DNA from: Clostridia bacterium
Lineage (GTDB): Bacteria > Bacillota > Clostridia > TANB77 > CAG-508
Direction of reading: 5' to 3'
Assembly (NCBI GenBank): GCA_900770385.1
Contig: CAAGKK010000037.1
Span: 6,195 to 70,194, forward strand
Length of the DNA: 64,000 bases
The translations under genes were made by a program, and so were the position numbers. Shown one piece after another: positions 28,094 to 38,329 of the stretch (position 1 is the stretch's first letter; the number at the start of each line of letters is the position of its first letter). A model generated the notes under the pieces. It did not search any database. It was given only the letters and a program-made list of their open reading frames with translations, and was not told the origin of the DNA.

Positions 28094-29194
28094 ATGAAAG
28101 TTATAATAGCAGCAGCTGGTACAGCAGGGCACATTAACCCAGGAATATCAATTGCAAATAAAATAATGCAAGAAGAGCCATCTTCTGAAATAATATTCAT
28201 CGGAACAAATAGAGGTTTAGAAAAAGATTTAGTATCTAGAGCTGGATATAAATTAGAGACAATAGATGCGTATGGTTTAACACTATCTAATATAACTAAA
28301 ATATTTAAAATATTAAAGGGATTTAGAGAGGCTAAAAAAATAATAAAAGACTTTAAACCGGACATAGTAATTGGTACAGGTGGATATATATGTGGAGCAG
28401 TAATTACCCAAGCTCATAAATTACATATTCCAACAATGTTACATGAAAGCAACGCATTTCCAGGAAAAGCTGTAAAAATGTTAGCTAAAAGCACAGATAC
28501 AATATTAGTAGCATTTGAAGATGCAAAAGAAAGAATAAATGGTGCTAAAAAGATAGTTGTTACTGGAACACCTACCAAAATTAAATCGCTTAATTTAAGT
28601 CAAGATGAAAAAAATAGAAAAATTAAAGAAATAGGATTAAGTGAAGAAAAGCCAATCTTACTAGTATTTGGAGGTAGCCAAGGAGCTAAGGCAATAAATG
28701 ATGCAATTTTAAAATTAATTAATGATAAAAAAATAAAAGACTATCAAATGATATGGGCACCAGGGCCAAAACAATATGAAATAATCAAAGAAGAATTAAT
28801 GAAAAAAGGAACAGACATTGATAATATTCCTCAAGTAAAAATATATTCATACATATACAATATGGAAGAAATGATGAATATAGCAGATTTAATAATATGT
28901 AGAAGTGGAGCAATGACAGTAACAGAAGTAGCAAAAGTGGGAAAAGTAGCAATATTTGTTCCTTTACCTGGAGTATCACAAAATCATCAAGAATATAATG
29001 CAAAAGTTTTAGAAAAAAGAGGAGCAGCAAGAATAATATTAAATAAAGACTTAGAAACAATAGATTTAAATCAATATATAGAAGAACTAATATTAAATAA
29101 GAGTCTTTTAAACGAAATGGAAAAGAAATCAAAAGATGTCTCTTTAAATGATGTGGAAGATAAAATATATAAGGAAATAAAAGAATTATTATAA
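28094..29194 (+). CDS. murG: UDP-GlcNAc:lipid I GlcNAc transferase MurG
   Basis: MKVIIAAAGTAGHINPG, VFGGSQGA and CRSGAMTVTE. The start was trimmed from the track ORF (27998), which overlaps ftsW. Confidence 0.9.
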   Translation: MKVIIAAAGTAGHINPGISIANKIMQEEPSSEIIFIGTNRGLEKDLVSRAGYKLETIDAYGLTLSNITKIFKILKGFREAKKIIKDFKPDIVIGTGGYICGAVITQAHKLHIPTMLHESNAFPGKAVKMLAKSTDTILVAFEDAKERINGAKKIVVTGTPTKIKSLNLSQDEKNRKIKEIGLSEEKPILLVFGGSQGAKAINDAILKLINDKKIKDYQMIWAPGPKQYEIIKEELMKKGTDIDNIPQVKIYSYIYNMEEMMNIADLIICRSGAMTVTEVAKVGKVAIFVPLPGVSQNHQEYNAKVLEKRGAARIILNKDLETIDLNQYIEELILNKSLLNEMEKKSKDVSLNDVEDKIYKEIKELL

Positions 29195-29372
29195 CAATAA
29201 AGTTACAGAAAAATTAAGTTTTTATGACAAATAGAGAAAAGTGGCAAAATACAGTCACTTTCTTTTTTTATTTAGTACAAACGGTCGAAAACTGTAAAAG
29301 AATGCGTTGGAAAAAGCTTGAAAATATGTAGAAGTAGAGATATAGTTATTTTGTATACAATAAGGGGGAGTT

Positions 29373-29693
29373 ATGAAGCATTTTTACGGAGGGACTTTTA
29401 TAAATCGAGGCGATTTAAGAAAAGTTGGTATAGAATATCCAATTAAATTGGAATATTATAAAACAATACCCAATAATGAATTATTAAAAAATACAAATGA
29501 AGTAAAATATGGAATAGAGGTTGTAAAAACATCTTATATACATGATGAAGTAAAAATAGAAAATAAAGAGATGTTAGGCTTAACAAGAGATGAGAATATA
29601 GTAAATAAAATACTAGACATATTGAAAAGAAATGAGGTTACACCAATTAGTGCTGGCTATGTTATTGAAGATTTATTAAAAGAAATGATTTAA
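29373..29693 (+). CDS. Hypothetical small protein
   Basis: ORF of 106 aa with RBS aagggggag. No family recognised. Confidence 0.4.
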   Translation: MKHFYGGTFINRGDLRKVGIEYPIKLEYYKTIPNNELLKNTNEVKYGIEVVKTSYIHDEVKIENKEMLGLTRDENIVNKILDILKRNEVTPISAGYVIEDLLKEMI

Positions 29694-29800
29694 GAATGAA
29701 TATATATTCATTCTTATTTTATATATTTATTTATAAAATTACTTGAAACTTTAATAAATATAGTATAGAATTTATAAGATATTAAAGATAGGAGAAAATA

Positions 29801-31786
29801 ATGGCAGATAAATTAATTATTGTTGAGTCTCCTGCAAAAGCAGGAACAATAAAAAAATTCCTTGGAGGAAATACAAAAGTTGTCGCTTCTATGGGACATA
29901 TAAGAGATTTACCTAAATCAAAATTAGGAGTAGACATAGAAAATGATTTTGAACCAGATTATATAAATATTAGAGGAAAAGGAGATTTAATAAAATCATT
30001 AAAAAACGATGCTAAAAATGCAAAACAAGTATATTTAGCAACTGACCCTGACCGAGAAGGAGAAGCAATAGCATGGCATTTGGCTAATATACTAAATATA
30101 AATGAAGAAACAAAATGTAGAGTAACATTTAATGAAATAACAAAAGATGCAGTAAAAGAAGCAATAAAAAAACCAAGGAAAGTTGATAAAAATTTAATAG
30201 ATGCACAACAGGCTAGAAGAGTTTTAGATAGAATAGTAGGATACAAAATTAGTCCTATACTTTGGAAAAAAGTTAGAAGAGGATTATCTGCAGGAAGAGT
30301 ACAATCAGTTGCAGTTAAGTTAATTGTTGATAGAGAAGAAGAAATAGAAAAGTTCGTGCCAGAAGAATATTGGAATATGTATGCTTGCTTAAAAAAAGAT
30401 GAAGATATATTTAAAGCAAAATTAGTAGGTAAAAATAATAAAAAAATTGAATTGCATACAAAAGAAGATGTAGATAGTATTTTAAAAGAGATAGATAAGG
30501 CTACATATATTGTTGAAGAAATAAAAAAATCACAAAGAAAAAGAACACCTGCCCCACCTTTTACAACAAGTACAATGCAGCAAGAAGCATCAAGAAAATT
30601 AGGTTTTACATTAAAAAAGACAATGTCTGTTGCTCAGGGGTTATATGAAGGAGTAAAAGTTCCACAAAAAGGAACAGTAGGTCTTATTACATATATGAGA
30701 ACAGATTCTACAAGAATCTCAGAAGTAGCAAGAAATATGGCTAAAGAACAAATAACAAAAACATATGGCGAGCAATACTATGAAAATAGATTTTATAAAA
30801 CTAAAGCAGATGCACAAGATGCACATGAAGCCATAAGACCAACTTATATTGATTTAACACCTAATGATTTAAAAGAAAATTTAACTAAAGATCAATTTAA
30901 ATTATATCAATTAATATATAATAGATTTTTAGCAAGCCAAATGTCACAGGCAATTTACGATACAGTTTCAGTAAAAATAAATGCAGATAAATATAACTTT
31001 AAAGCAAATGGACAAACATTAAAATTTAAAGGATTTATGGCTCTATATGTTGAATCTAAAGATACAGAAGAAAAAGAAGAAGAAAATAAAATACCAGAAT
31101 TATTAGAAAATGATATTTTGGAAAAAGTAGATATTGAAAATGTTCAGAGTTTTACAGAACCACCACCTAGATTTACAGAAGCAAGTTTAGTAAAAACACT
31201 AGAAGAAAAAGGAATCGGTAGACCAAGCACATATTCACCAACAATTACTACTATAATAGAAAGAAGATACATAGAAAAGGATAAAAAGCAACTAGTTCCA
31301 ACAGAATTAGGAAAAGTTGTAAATAAACTTCTAGTAGATAATTTTACAGATATATTAAGTGAAGAATTCACAGCAAATATGGAAACTGAATTTGACCAAA
31401 TTTCAATAGGAAAATTACCATGGAAACAAGTTATAAGAGAGTTTTATGGACCTTTTAAAGAAGAGCTAGATAAAGCAAATGAGGAATTAGAACATGTTGA
31501 ATTAGTAGAAGAAGTTTCAGATGTTCCATGTGAGAAGTGTGGAAGAATGATGGTTATTAAATATGGAAGATATGGAAAATTTTTGGCTTGTCCAGGTTAT
31601 CCAGAATGTAAAAATACAAAACCATTTGTACAAACATTAGATGTCCCATGCCCAAAGTGTGGAGGAAAAATCCAAATAAGGAAAAGCAAAAAAAGAAGAA
31701 ATTATTATATATGCGAAAATAATCCAGAAAAATGTGATTATATATCATGGAATAAACCTCAAAAAGAAAAGAAAAAAGAAAAATAG
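29801..31786 (+). CDS. topA: DNA topoisomerase I (type IA) with C-terminal zinc ribbons
   Basis: Toprim LIIVESPAKA...DPDREGE. Catalytic region GLITYMRTDS. CEKCG...CPGYPEC and CPKCG zinc fingers. Confidence 0.95.
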   Translation: MADKLIIVESPAKAGTIKKFLGGNTKVVASMGHIRDLPKSKLGVDIENDFEPDYINIRGKGDLIKSLKNDAKNAKQVYLATDPDREGEAIAWHLANILNINEETKCRVTFNEITKDAVKEAIKKPRKVDKNLIDAQQARRVLDRIVGYKISPILWKKVRRGLSAGRVQSVAVKLIVDREEEIEKFVPEEYWNMYACLKKDEDIFKAKLVGKNNKKIELHTKEDVDSILKEIDKATYIVEEIKKSQRKRTPAPPFTTSTMQQEASRKLGFTLKKTMSVAQGLYEGVKVPQKGTVGLITYMRTDSTRISEVARNMAKEQITKTYGEQYYENRFYKTKADAQDAHEAIRPTYIDLTPNDLKENLTKDQFKLYQLIYNRFLASQMSQAIYDTVSVKINADKYNFKANGQTLKFKGFMALYVESKDTEEKEEENKIPELLENDILEKVDIENVQSFTEPPPRFTEASLVKTLEEKGIGRPSTYSPTITTIIERRYIEKDKKQLVPTELGKVVNKLLVDNFTDILSEEFTANMETEFDQISIGKLPWKQVIREFYGPFKEELDKANEELEHVELVEEVSDVPCEKCGRMMVIKYGRYGKFLACPGYPECKNTKPFVQTLDVPCPKCGGKIQIRKSKKRRNYYICENNPEKCDYISWNKPQKEKKKEK

Positions 31787-31854
31787 CGTTTGCTATTTTT
31801 CTTTTTTTATAGTATAATAATACACTAAGATAATTGGATATATTGGAGGAAATA

Positions 31855-34773
31855 ATGTCAGAAAATTCAAATAGCATAAAAGTCCATGATAGAGAATTTA
31901 AAGAGATAATTAATAAAATATTTGAGCAAGAATTTAAAGAAGAAAACAAATTTAGTGAACTTATAAAACAAATAAAATTTTCACCAAATTTTATTTTTGA
32001 TTTTGAGACTAATTCTCTTCAAATATTATTTGAAGAGAATAATGAAGCTAATTCTTCAAAAGATTTGAATATATTTTATAATGATATTCAACATAAAAAA
32101 AATATAGAAAATGGAGAAACCAATCTTTTAATTAAAGCAGATTCACAGATTTATAGGATAATATTGAGTAAATATGTTGATATAATTCATTTTATAAACG
32201 GCAAGAATGGAAAAACATATTATACTAAAAAATACTATAATGAAAAAATTTTAGTGAGGCTTGCAGCATTAGAAGAAATAATAGATTATGCTATAAGAAA
32301 TGAATTAAAAATATATTTAAATAATAGTGAAACTAGAATATTTCCTAACAATATAAAATTAGAATATGAACTAATAGATTATTCTAATTATTGTGCATTA
32401 GCATTAAAAAATAATATACAGGATTTTCAAAACATTATTTATTCTAAAGAAAAGGTATATATAATTTATAAAAATATAATTTATAGATGTGACAATGATT
32501 TTATAAAAAATGAATTAAAATTATTAGAAACATATTTAAGCAATAGTATAAGTGAAATAAAATTAAAAAAAGAAGATTTAACTACTTTCTTTTCTTTAAT
32601 AATGCCTAAAATAGAAAAAAGAATAAAGATAGAGAATTTAGATTTATATAAATATAAACCGGAAGATTTAAAAATAAAATTATATTTAGATTTTAACGAA
32701 AAAAATTATATTGTAGCAAGTGTAAAATTTAGCTACAAAGAAAAAGAATTTGATCCATTAATTGAGGAACCTAAAGATATAAAAAGAAATATTTTACAAG
32801 AATCAATATTTTTAAATAAGTTAAGAAAAACAGGATTTTTGTATGATAATAAAAACAAGGTATTTGTAATTAATAATAATGATGAAATTTATAAATTTAT
32901 TACTAATCAAATAGAAAAATATCAAAAATGGGCACAAATATATACAACAGATAAATTTAATTCAAAAAAAGCAAGAACAAATAATAAAATAAAAATGGGA
33001 GTCAAAATAGATAATGGACTTCTTAATATAAATTTTGAAGATATAAAATTCGATAAAGAAGAATTAAAAGAAATATTACAAAAATATAAATTAAAAAAGA
33101 AATATTATAGATTAAAAGATGGAACATTTATAGATTTAGAAGATAATCAAGAAATAGAGTTTATAGACAGCATTTTAACAGGAATGGATATATCTTATAA
33201 AGAAATAGAAGATAATATTCAATTACCAATAAACCGAAGCTTTTATTTAGAAAAACTTTTGAATTCTAATTCAAATGTTGATGTAAATATAGATGAAAGC
33301 TATAGCAAAGTAATAGAAAAAGCAGAAGATTTAGAAAATACAGGAAAAATACCAACACAATTAGAGAAAATTTTAAGAGACTATCAAAAAGTCGGATTCA
33401 ATTGGCTAAAAACATTAGATAAATACAATTTTGGAGGAATTTTAGCAGATGATATGGGGTTAGGAAAAACAGTGCAAGTGTTAGCTGTTTTGCTTGACTA
33501 TGTAAAAAATACTAATTCTAAAAGATCTTCTATAGTTGTAGCTCCAAGTTCATTAGCATTAAACTGGTGTAATGAAGCTAAAAAGTTTGCTGACGAATTA
33601 AAAGTTTTAATAGTTAATGGTGATGCAATAGAGAGAAAGAAAAAAATAAATGAGATACCTAATTATGATTTAGTTATAACATCATATGATTTATTAAAGA
33701 GAGACATAGAAGAATATAAAGAACTAAATTATCAGTTTAGATTTATTATAGCAGATGAAGCTCAATATATAAAAAATAATAATACTAAAAATGCAAAGGC
33801 AATTAAACAAATAAATGCAGATACTAAATATGCATTAACAGGAACACCAATAGAAAACTCATTAAACGAATTATGGTCTATTTTTGATTTTATTATGCCA
33901 GACTATTTATTTACATATAAAAAATTTAAACAAAATTTTGAAACTCAAATAGTAAAAGAAAATGATGAAAAAGCATTATACAAATTGAAATTATTAATAG
34001 AACCATTTGTTTTGAGAAGAACTAAAAAAGAAGTATTAAAAGAATTACCAGATAAAGCAACCAGTATATTAAGTAACGAAATGACAGAAGAACAAGAAAA
34101 AATATATTTAAGTTATTTAGCACAAGCAAAAAATGAATTAAATCAAGAAATAGAAGAAAAGGGATTTGAACAAACAAGAATAAAAATATTAGCTTTATTA
34201 ACCAGACTAAGACAAATTTGTTGCCATCCATCTTTATTCGTTTCAAATTATAAGGGCGAAAGTGGAAAATTAAATCAATGTATTGAATTGGTGAAAGATG
34301 GAATAAATAGTGGACACAAAATGCTCTTATTTTCTGGATATACTTCTATGTTTGAAATAATAGAAAAAGAATTAAACAAAAATAATATTTCCTACTTAAA
34401 ATTAACTGGTAAAACTAAAGTTAGTGAAAGATTAGAATTAATAAATGAATTTAATAACAATAATGATATTAAAGTTTTTCTAATTTCTTTAAAAGCAGGT
34501 GGTACAGGAATAAATTTGACTTCTGCAGATATGGTAATTCACTATGATCCATGGTGGAATATATCAGTAGAAAATCAGGCAACTGATAGAACACATAGAA
34601 TAGGCCAAACAAAAAAAGTGCAAGTATATAAATTAATAACTAAAAACTCAATAGAAGAAAAAATATATGATTTACAAAAAAGAAAAGAAGAACTTATTGA
34701 TAATATGCTAAGCATAGATACAAAATTTATAAATAAATTATCTAAAGAAGATATACTTGGACTATTTGAATAA
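31855..34773 (+). CDS. SNF2-family helicase/ATPase (RapA/HepA-like) with a long N-terminal domain
   Basis: [12 protein letters not shown] (motif I), [11 protein letters not shown] (DEAQ box), LTGTPIEN and TDRTHRIGQ (motif VI). Confidence 0.85.
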   Translation: MSENSNSIKVHDREFKEIINKIFEQEFKEENKFSELIKQIKFSPNFIFDFETNSLQILFEENNEANSSKDLNIFYNDIQHKKNIENGETNLLIKADSQIYRIILSKYVDIIHFINGKNGKTYYTKKYYNEKILVRLAALEEIIDYAIRNELKIYLNNSETRIFPNNIKLEYELIDYSNYCALALKNNIQDFQNIIYSKEKVYIIYKNIIYRCDNDFIKNELKLLETYLSNSISEIKLKKEDLTTFFSLIMPKIEKRIKIENLDLYKYKPEDLKIKLYLDFNEKNYIVASVKFSYKEKEFDPLIEEPKDIKRNILQESIFLNKLRKTGFLYDNKNKVFVINNNDEIYKFITNQIEKYQKWAQIYTTDKFNSKKARTNNKIKMGVKIDNGLLNINFEDIKFDKEELKEILQKYKLKKKYYRLKDGTFIDLEDNQEIEFIDSILTGMDISYKEIEDNIQLPINRSFYLEKLLNSNSNVDVNIDESYSKVIEKAEDLENTGKIPTQLEKILRDYQKVGFNWLKTLDKYNFGGILADDMGLGKTVQVLAVLLDYVKNTNSKRSSIVVAPSSLALNWCNEAKKFADELKVLIVNGDAIERKKKINEIPNYDLVITSYDLLKRDIEEYKELNYQFRFIIADEAQYIKNNNTKNAKAIKQINADTKYALTGTPIENSLNELWSIFDFIMPDYLFTYKKFKQNFETQIVKENDEKALYKLKLLIEPFVLRRTKKEVLKELPDKATSILSNEMTEEQEKIYLSYLAQAKNELNQEIEEKGFEQTRIKILALLTRLRQICCHPSLFVSNYKGESGKLNQCIELVKDGINSGHKMLLFSGYTSMFEIIEKELNKNNISYLKLTGKTKVSERLELINEFNNNNDIKVFLISLKAGGTGINLTSADMVIHYDPWWNISVENQATDRTHRIGQTKKVQVYKLITKNSIEEKIYDLQKRKEELIDNMLSIDTKFINKLSKEDILGLFE

Positions 34774-34798
34774 ATTTGAAAGACAGAAAGGTGCAAAT

Positions 34799-36148
34799 AT
34801 GAAAGATTATATAGTAATAATAGGAGGAGGATTGGCTGGATGCGAAGCAGCTTACCAGATTGCTAAAAGAGGAATAAAAGTAAAATTATATGAAATGAAG
34901 CCAGTAAAATTTTCTCCTGCACATACAAATTCAAATTTAGCAGAAATAGTATGTAGCAATTCACTAAAGTCTAATTTATTAACAAATGCTTGTGGACTAT
35001 TAAAAGAAGAACTACGAAATTTAGATTCTTTATTAATAAAATGTGCAGATGAAACTTCAGTTCCAGCAGGACAGGCATTAGCGGTTGATAGGGAAAAGTT
35101 TTCAGAATTAGTTACAAAAAGGATAAAAGAAAATCCTAATATAGAAATAATAAATAAAGAAGTAAAACAAATAGAAAAAGATGCTATTACAATTATAGCA
35201 ACAGGACCTTTAACTTCTGAAGGCTTAATAAATCAAGTATTAAAACTAACAGGAGAAGAACAATTATATTTTTATGATGCTGCAGCTCCAATTATTTTGA
35301 AAGATAGCATAAATTTTGATATAGCTTTTTATGGAGATAGATATAGTCAAGAAAAAAAGAAAGAAGAAACAATAGAAGAATGGAAAGAAAGACAAAATAA
35401 AGAAACTAAAGACTATATAAACTTGCCTATGAATAAGGATGAATACGAAGAATTTATCCAAGAGTTAATAAATGCGGAAGTAGTAGAATTACATGAATTT
35501 GAAAAAAGAGAAATATTTGAAGGTTGTATGCCAATTGAAATTATGGCTAAAAGAGGAAACGATACTCTAAGATTTGGGCCATTAAAACCAGTTGGATTTG
35601 ATGATCCAAAAACAGCAAAGAGGCCATATGCAGTGGTTCAATTACGACAAGATAATAAAAGTGGAACTATTTTTAATATGGTAGGATTTCAAACCAACTT
35701 AAAATTCGGGGAGCAAAAAAGAGTATTTTCTCTAATACCAGGGCTAGAAAAAGCAGAGTTCGTAAAATATGGTGTAATGCATAGAAATACATATATAAAT
35801 TCTACTAAATTACTAGATCAAACATATCAATTAATAAAAAACAAAAATGTATATTTTGCTGGTCAAATTACAGGAGTAGAAGGATATGTAGAATCAATTT
35901 CTTCTGGTTTAATAGCAGGAATAAATGCAGTTCAGAATTTTAATAAAAAAGATAAAATAATATTTCCTAAAGAAACAGTTTTGGGAGCTTTAAGCCAATA
36001 TATATCAACACCAAATAAAAAATTTCAACCAATGAATGCAAACTTTGGAATACTGCCAGAACTAGATGAAAAGATAAAAGATAAAAAAATAAGATATGAG
36101 CAAATGGCTATAAGGTCTTTAAAAATTATAAAAAGTAAAGAAATATAA
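34799..36148 (+). CDS. trmFO: Methylenetetrahydrofolate--tRNA-(uracil54-C5)-methyltransferase TrmFO
   Basis: [26 protein letters not shown] and [14 protein letters not shown]. topA-trmFO synteny. Confidence 0.9.
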   Translation: MKDYIVIIGGGLAGCEAAYQIAKRGIKVKLYEMKPVKFSPAHTNSNLAEIVCSNSLKSNLLTNACGLLKEELRNLDSLLIKCADETSVPAGQALAVDREKFSELVTKRIKENPNIEIINKEVKQIEKDAITIIATGPLTSEGLINQVLKLTGEEQLYFYDAAAPIILKDSINFDIAFYGDRYSQEKKKEETIEEWKERQNKETKDYINLPMNKDEYEEFIQELINAEVVELHEFEKREIFEGCMPIEIMAKRGNDTLRFGPLKPVGFDDPKTAKRPYAVVQLRQDNKSGTIFNMVGFQTNLKFGEQKRVFSLIPGLEKAEFVKYGVMHRNTYINSTKLLDQTYQLIKNKNVYFAGQITGVEGYVESISSGLIAGINAVQNFNKKDKIIFPKETVLGALSQYISTPNKKFQPMNANFGILPELDEKIKDKKIRYEQMAIRSLKIIKSKEI

Positions 36149-36240
36149 TATTACATTTATATTACATAAAGTCAATATATTGTAAAAAAATAGAAATTAT
36201 GCTATATTATATATAATATTGTGGTATAAAGGAGAGTTTT

Positions 36241-38244
36241 ATGGAAGATAGATTAAAAAATGTTGAAGATATCATGAAAAAATATAACGATATAAAAGAT
36301 AGCCTAGAACCAAAAGTAGATGAAAATTTTGAAAAAGAAATACAAGATAAAAAACAAGAATTAGATAGAGAAGAAAGAATCCTTCAGGCTTTTAAAGATG
36401 AATTAAACTCATTAGATACATCAGAAATGGATTATGTTCAAATGCATGTAACTATGGGAAACTATAATAGATATATAAAAGAAGAACAAGAAAAAGTGAA
36501 CTTAATAAAAAAAGATTATGAAGAAAAATTATCTCAAAAAGAAAAAATAGAAAATCCAGATCTTACTTTAGACCAAAAAAAAGAAAAAAAATCAAAAACT
36601 TATGAGGCAAGAGATAATGCAAAAAAAAGCTTAATTTCAGAACAAAAAGAAATAGAAACTGAAATAGAAGAACAAGAATTAGAATTTAAATCTATAGAAT
36701 TAAAATTAAAGAAATTCAAGCATGAATATGAAGAACAAGAACAATCATTGGAAGAAAGAGACAACGAAGGAAAGCTTGTTACAGTGACAAAAAAGGTTAG
36801 AGTATGTACTAATGGTGAAGAATATAAAAAGTTAGATGATAAATTAAAAGAAGTAACAGATAAATTATCAAGCTTAAGAGAAGCAAAAACAAAATGTGAA
36901 GAATATCTATCTCAAATAGATAATGAATATAAAAAAGATGTTGAAAAGATAAATGAAGTTATAAGTAGAAAAGAACCTGAAAAAGAAGAACCAACATCAG
37001 GAAAGCCAGAAACAGACCCAACAAAACAGGTGGAACCAACAACTAAAAAGCCAGAAACAGACCCAACAAAACCGGTGGAACCAGCAACTAAAAAGCCAGA
37101 AACAGCTCCAACAAAACCGGTAGAACCAGCAACTAAAAAGCCAGAACCAGCTCCGGTTAAACCAACAGAAACAACACATACGGAACCAAAAACAGGAAAT
37201 GAATTAGTAGATGTAAGATTCAATGCAAAAAAGAATAATTATAGTTTGGTAATAAAAGGTGAAGATGGATTTTATAAAGAGCAAAATCAAAATTATAATG
37301 AATTAATACAATCAAAAGAATTTGATGATTTCAAGTCAGTATTTTATACATACTATAGAGAAGCACCAGGATTAAGTGATGTTGATCCATGTGTAGCATA
37401 TATGCTTCATCAAGCAGATAAAACACTAGACCAAAATAGATTAGATAATTATGTTGATGCACTAGGAAAAAAAGATAAAATGTCAGATAATACAGCAATA
37501 AGATATGATCTAAATGGAATAGTAAATGGAATATATGGAAGAAATTATTCTAAAGCATCATCAGATATAATAATGGAAAAAGCAAATAATCATTCACAAA
37601 TGGGATTAGCAAATGTAGTGGATAAAAGTGCATTTATAAAATTTATGGAGAAACATAAACATATTAGATCCGCATTTCAATCAGTGGCAGGAATTGGAAA
37701 TAAAAGAGATAAAGCTTTAGGAAATAAGAAAGTTGAAAAATTAGCACCAGCTCAAGACGACAAACAAAAAGAAGATGAAAAACTAAAAGAAAAAGATATA
37801 CAAAAATATATGAGTACAGTGATGGAAAATAAAATAGGCTTAGCTAAAAATAAAGAGGACTTACAAAAAATAAGAGAAGAAAATCAAAAATTATATGATG
37901 AAGGTAGAATATTAAAAGATGATTATGAGCAGATTGATTTTGATATTAGAGCTAGAGCAGGAGAATTAGAAGAAGAAAAAAATCCTCCAAAGAAAGAAGG
38001 AAAATATCAAACTATTGATCCTATAATAAAAGTAGAACCAATTGAACCAGCAAAAAAATCATTTAGAGATAAATATAAAATAGATTTGGGTAATATTGTT
38101 GCTACAGCAAGTTACAAAAGAAAAGTAAGGAAAGAAAACAAAGAAAGAGGCATAAAAAATGTATATACTAGTGGAGGATTAAAATCAAAAATAAAATCTG
38201 CAATTGAAAAAAGAAACAGGAAAAGTAAAGAAAACGAAAGATAA
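36241..38244 (+). CDS. Hypothetical K/E-rich coiled-coil protein with a Pro-rich tandem-repeat linker
   Basis: 667-aa ORF with a good RBS. It contains the 45-nt repeats listed separately. Confidence 0.5.
   Translation: MEDRLKNVEDIMKKYNDIKDSLEPKVDENFEKEIQDKKQELDREERILQAFKDELNSLDTSEMDYVQMHVTMGNYNRYIKEEQEKVNLIKKDYEEKLSQKEKIENPDLTLDQKKEKKSKTYEARDNAKKSLISEQKEIETEIEEQELEFKSIELKLKKFKHEYEEQEQSLEERDNEGKLVTVTKKVRVCTNGEEYKKLDDKLKEVTDKLSSLREAKTKCEEYLSQIDNEYKKDVEKINEVISRKEPEKEEPTSGKPETDPTKQVEPTTKKPETDPTKPVEPATKKPETAPTKPVEPATKKPEPAPVKPTETTHTEPKTGNELVDVRFNAKKNNYSLVIKGEDGFYKEQNQNYNELIQSKEFDDFKSVFYTYYREAPGLSDVDPCVAYMLHQADKTLDQNRLDNYVDALGKKDKMSDNTAIRYDLNGIVNGIYGRNYSKASSDIIMEKANNHSQMGLANVVDKSAFIKFMEKHKHIRSAFQSVAGIGNKRDKALGNKKVEKLAPAQDDKQKEDEKLKEKDIQKYMSTVMENKIGLAKNKEDLQKIREENQKLYDEGRILKDDYEQIDFDIRARAGELEEEKNPPKKEGKYQTIDPIIKVEPIEPAKKSFRDKYKIDLGNIVATASYKRKVRKENKERGIKNVYTSGGLKSKIKSAIEKRNRKSKENER
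37003..37170 (+). repeat. In-frame 45-nt tandem repeat (about 3.7 copies) encoding KPETDPTKPVEPATK
   Basis: Units start at 37003, 37048, 37093 and 37138. Confidence 0.85.
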
Positions 38245-38329
38245 TAATAAAAAAATATCTACATATTTGTAGGTATTTTTTTTATGTACAAGCATATATT
38301 CTAGTAATACACAAAAGGAGGTGCCTTAT

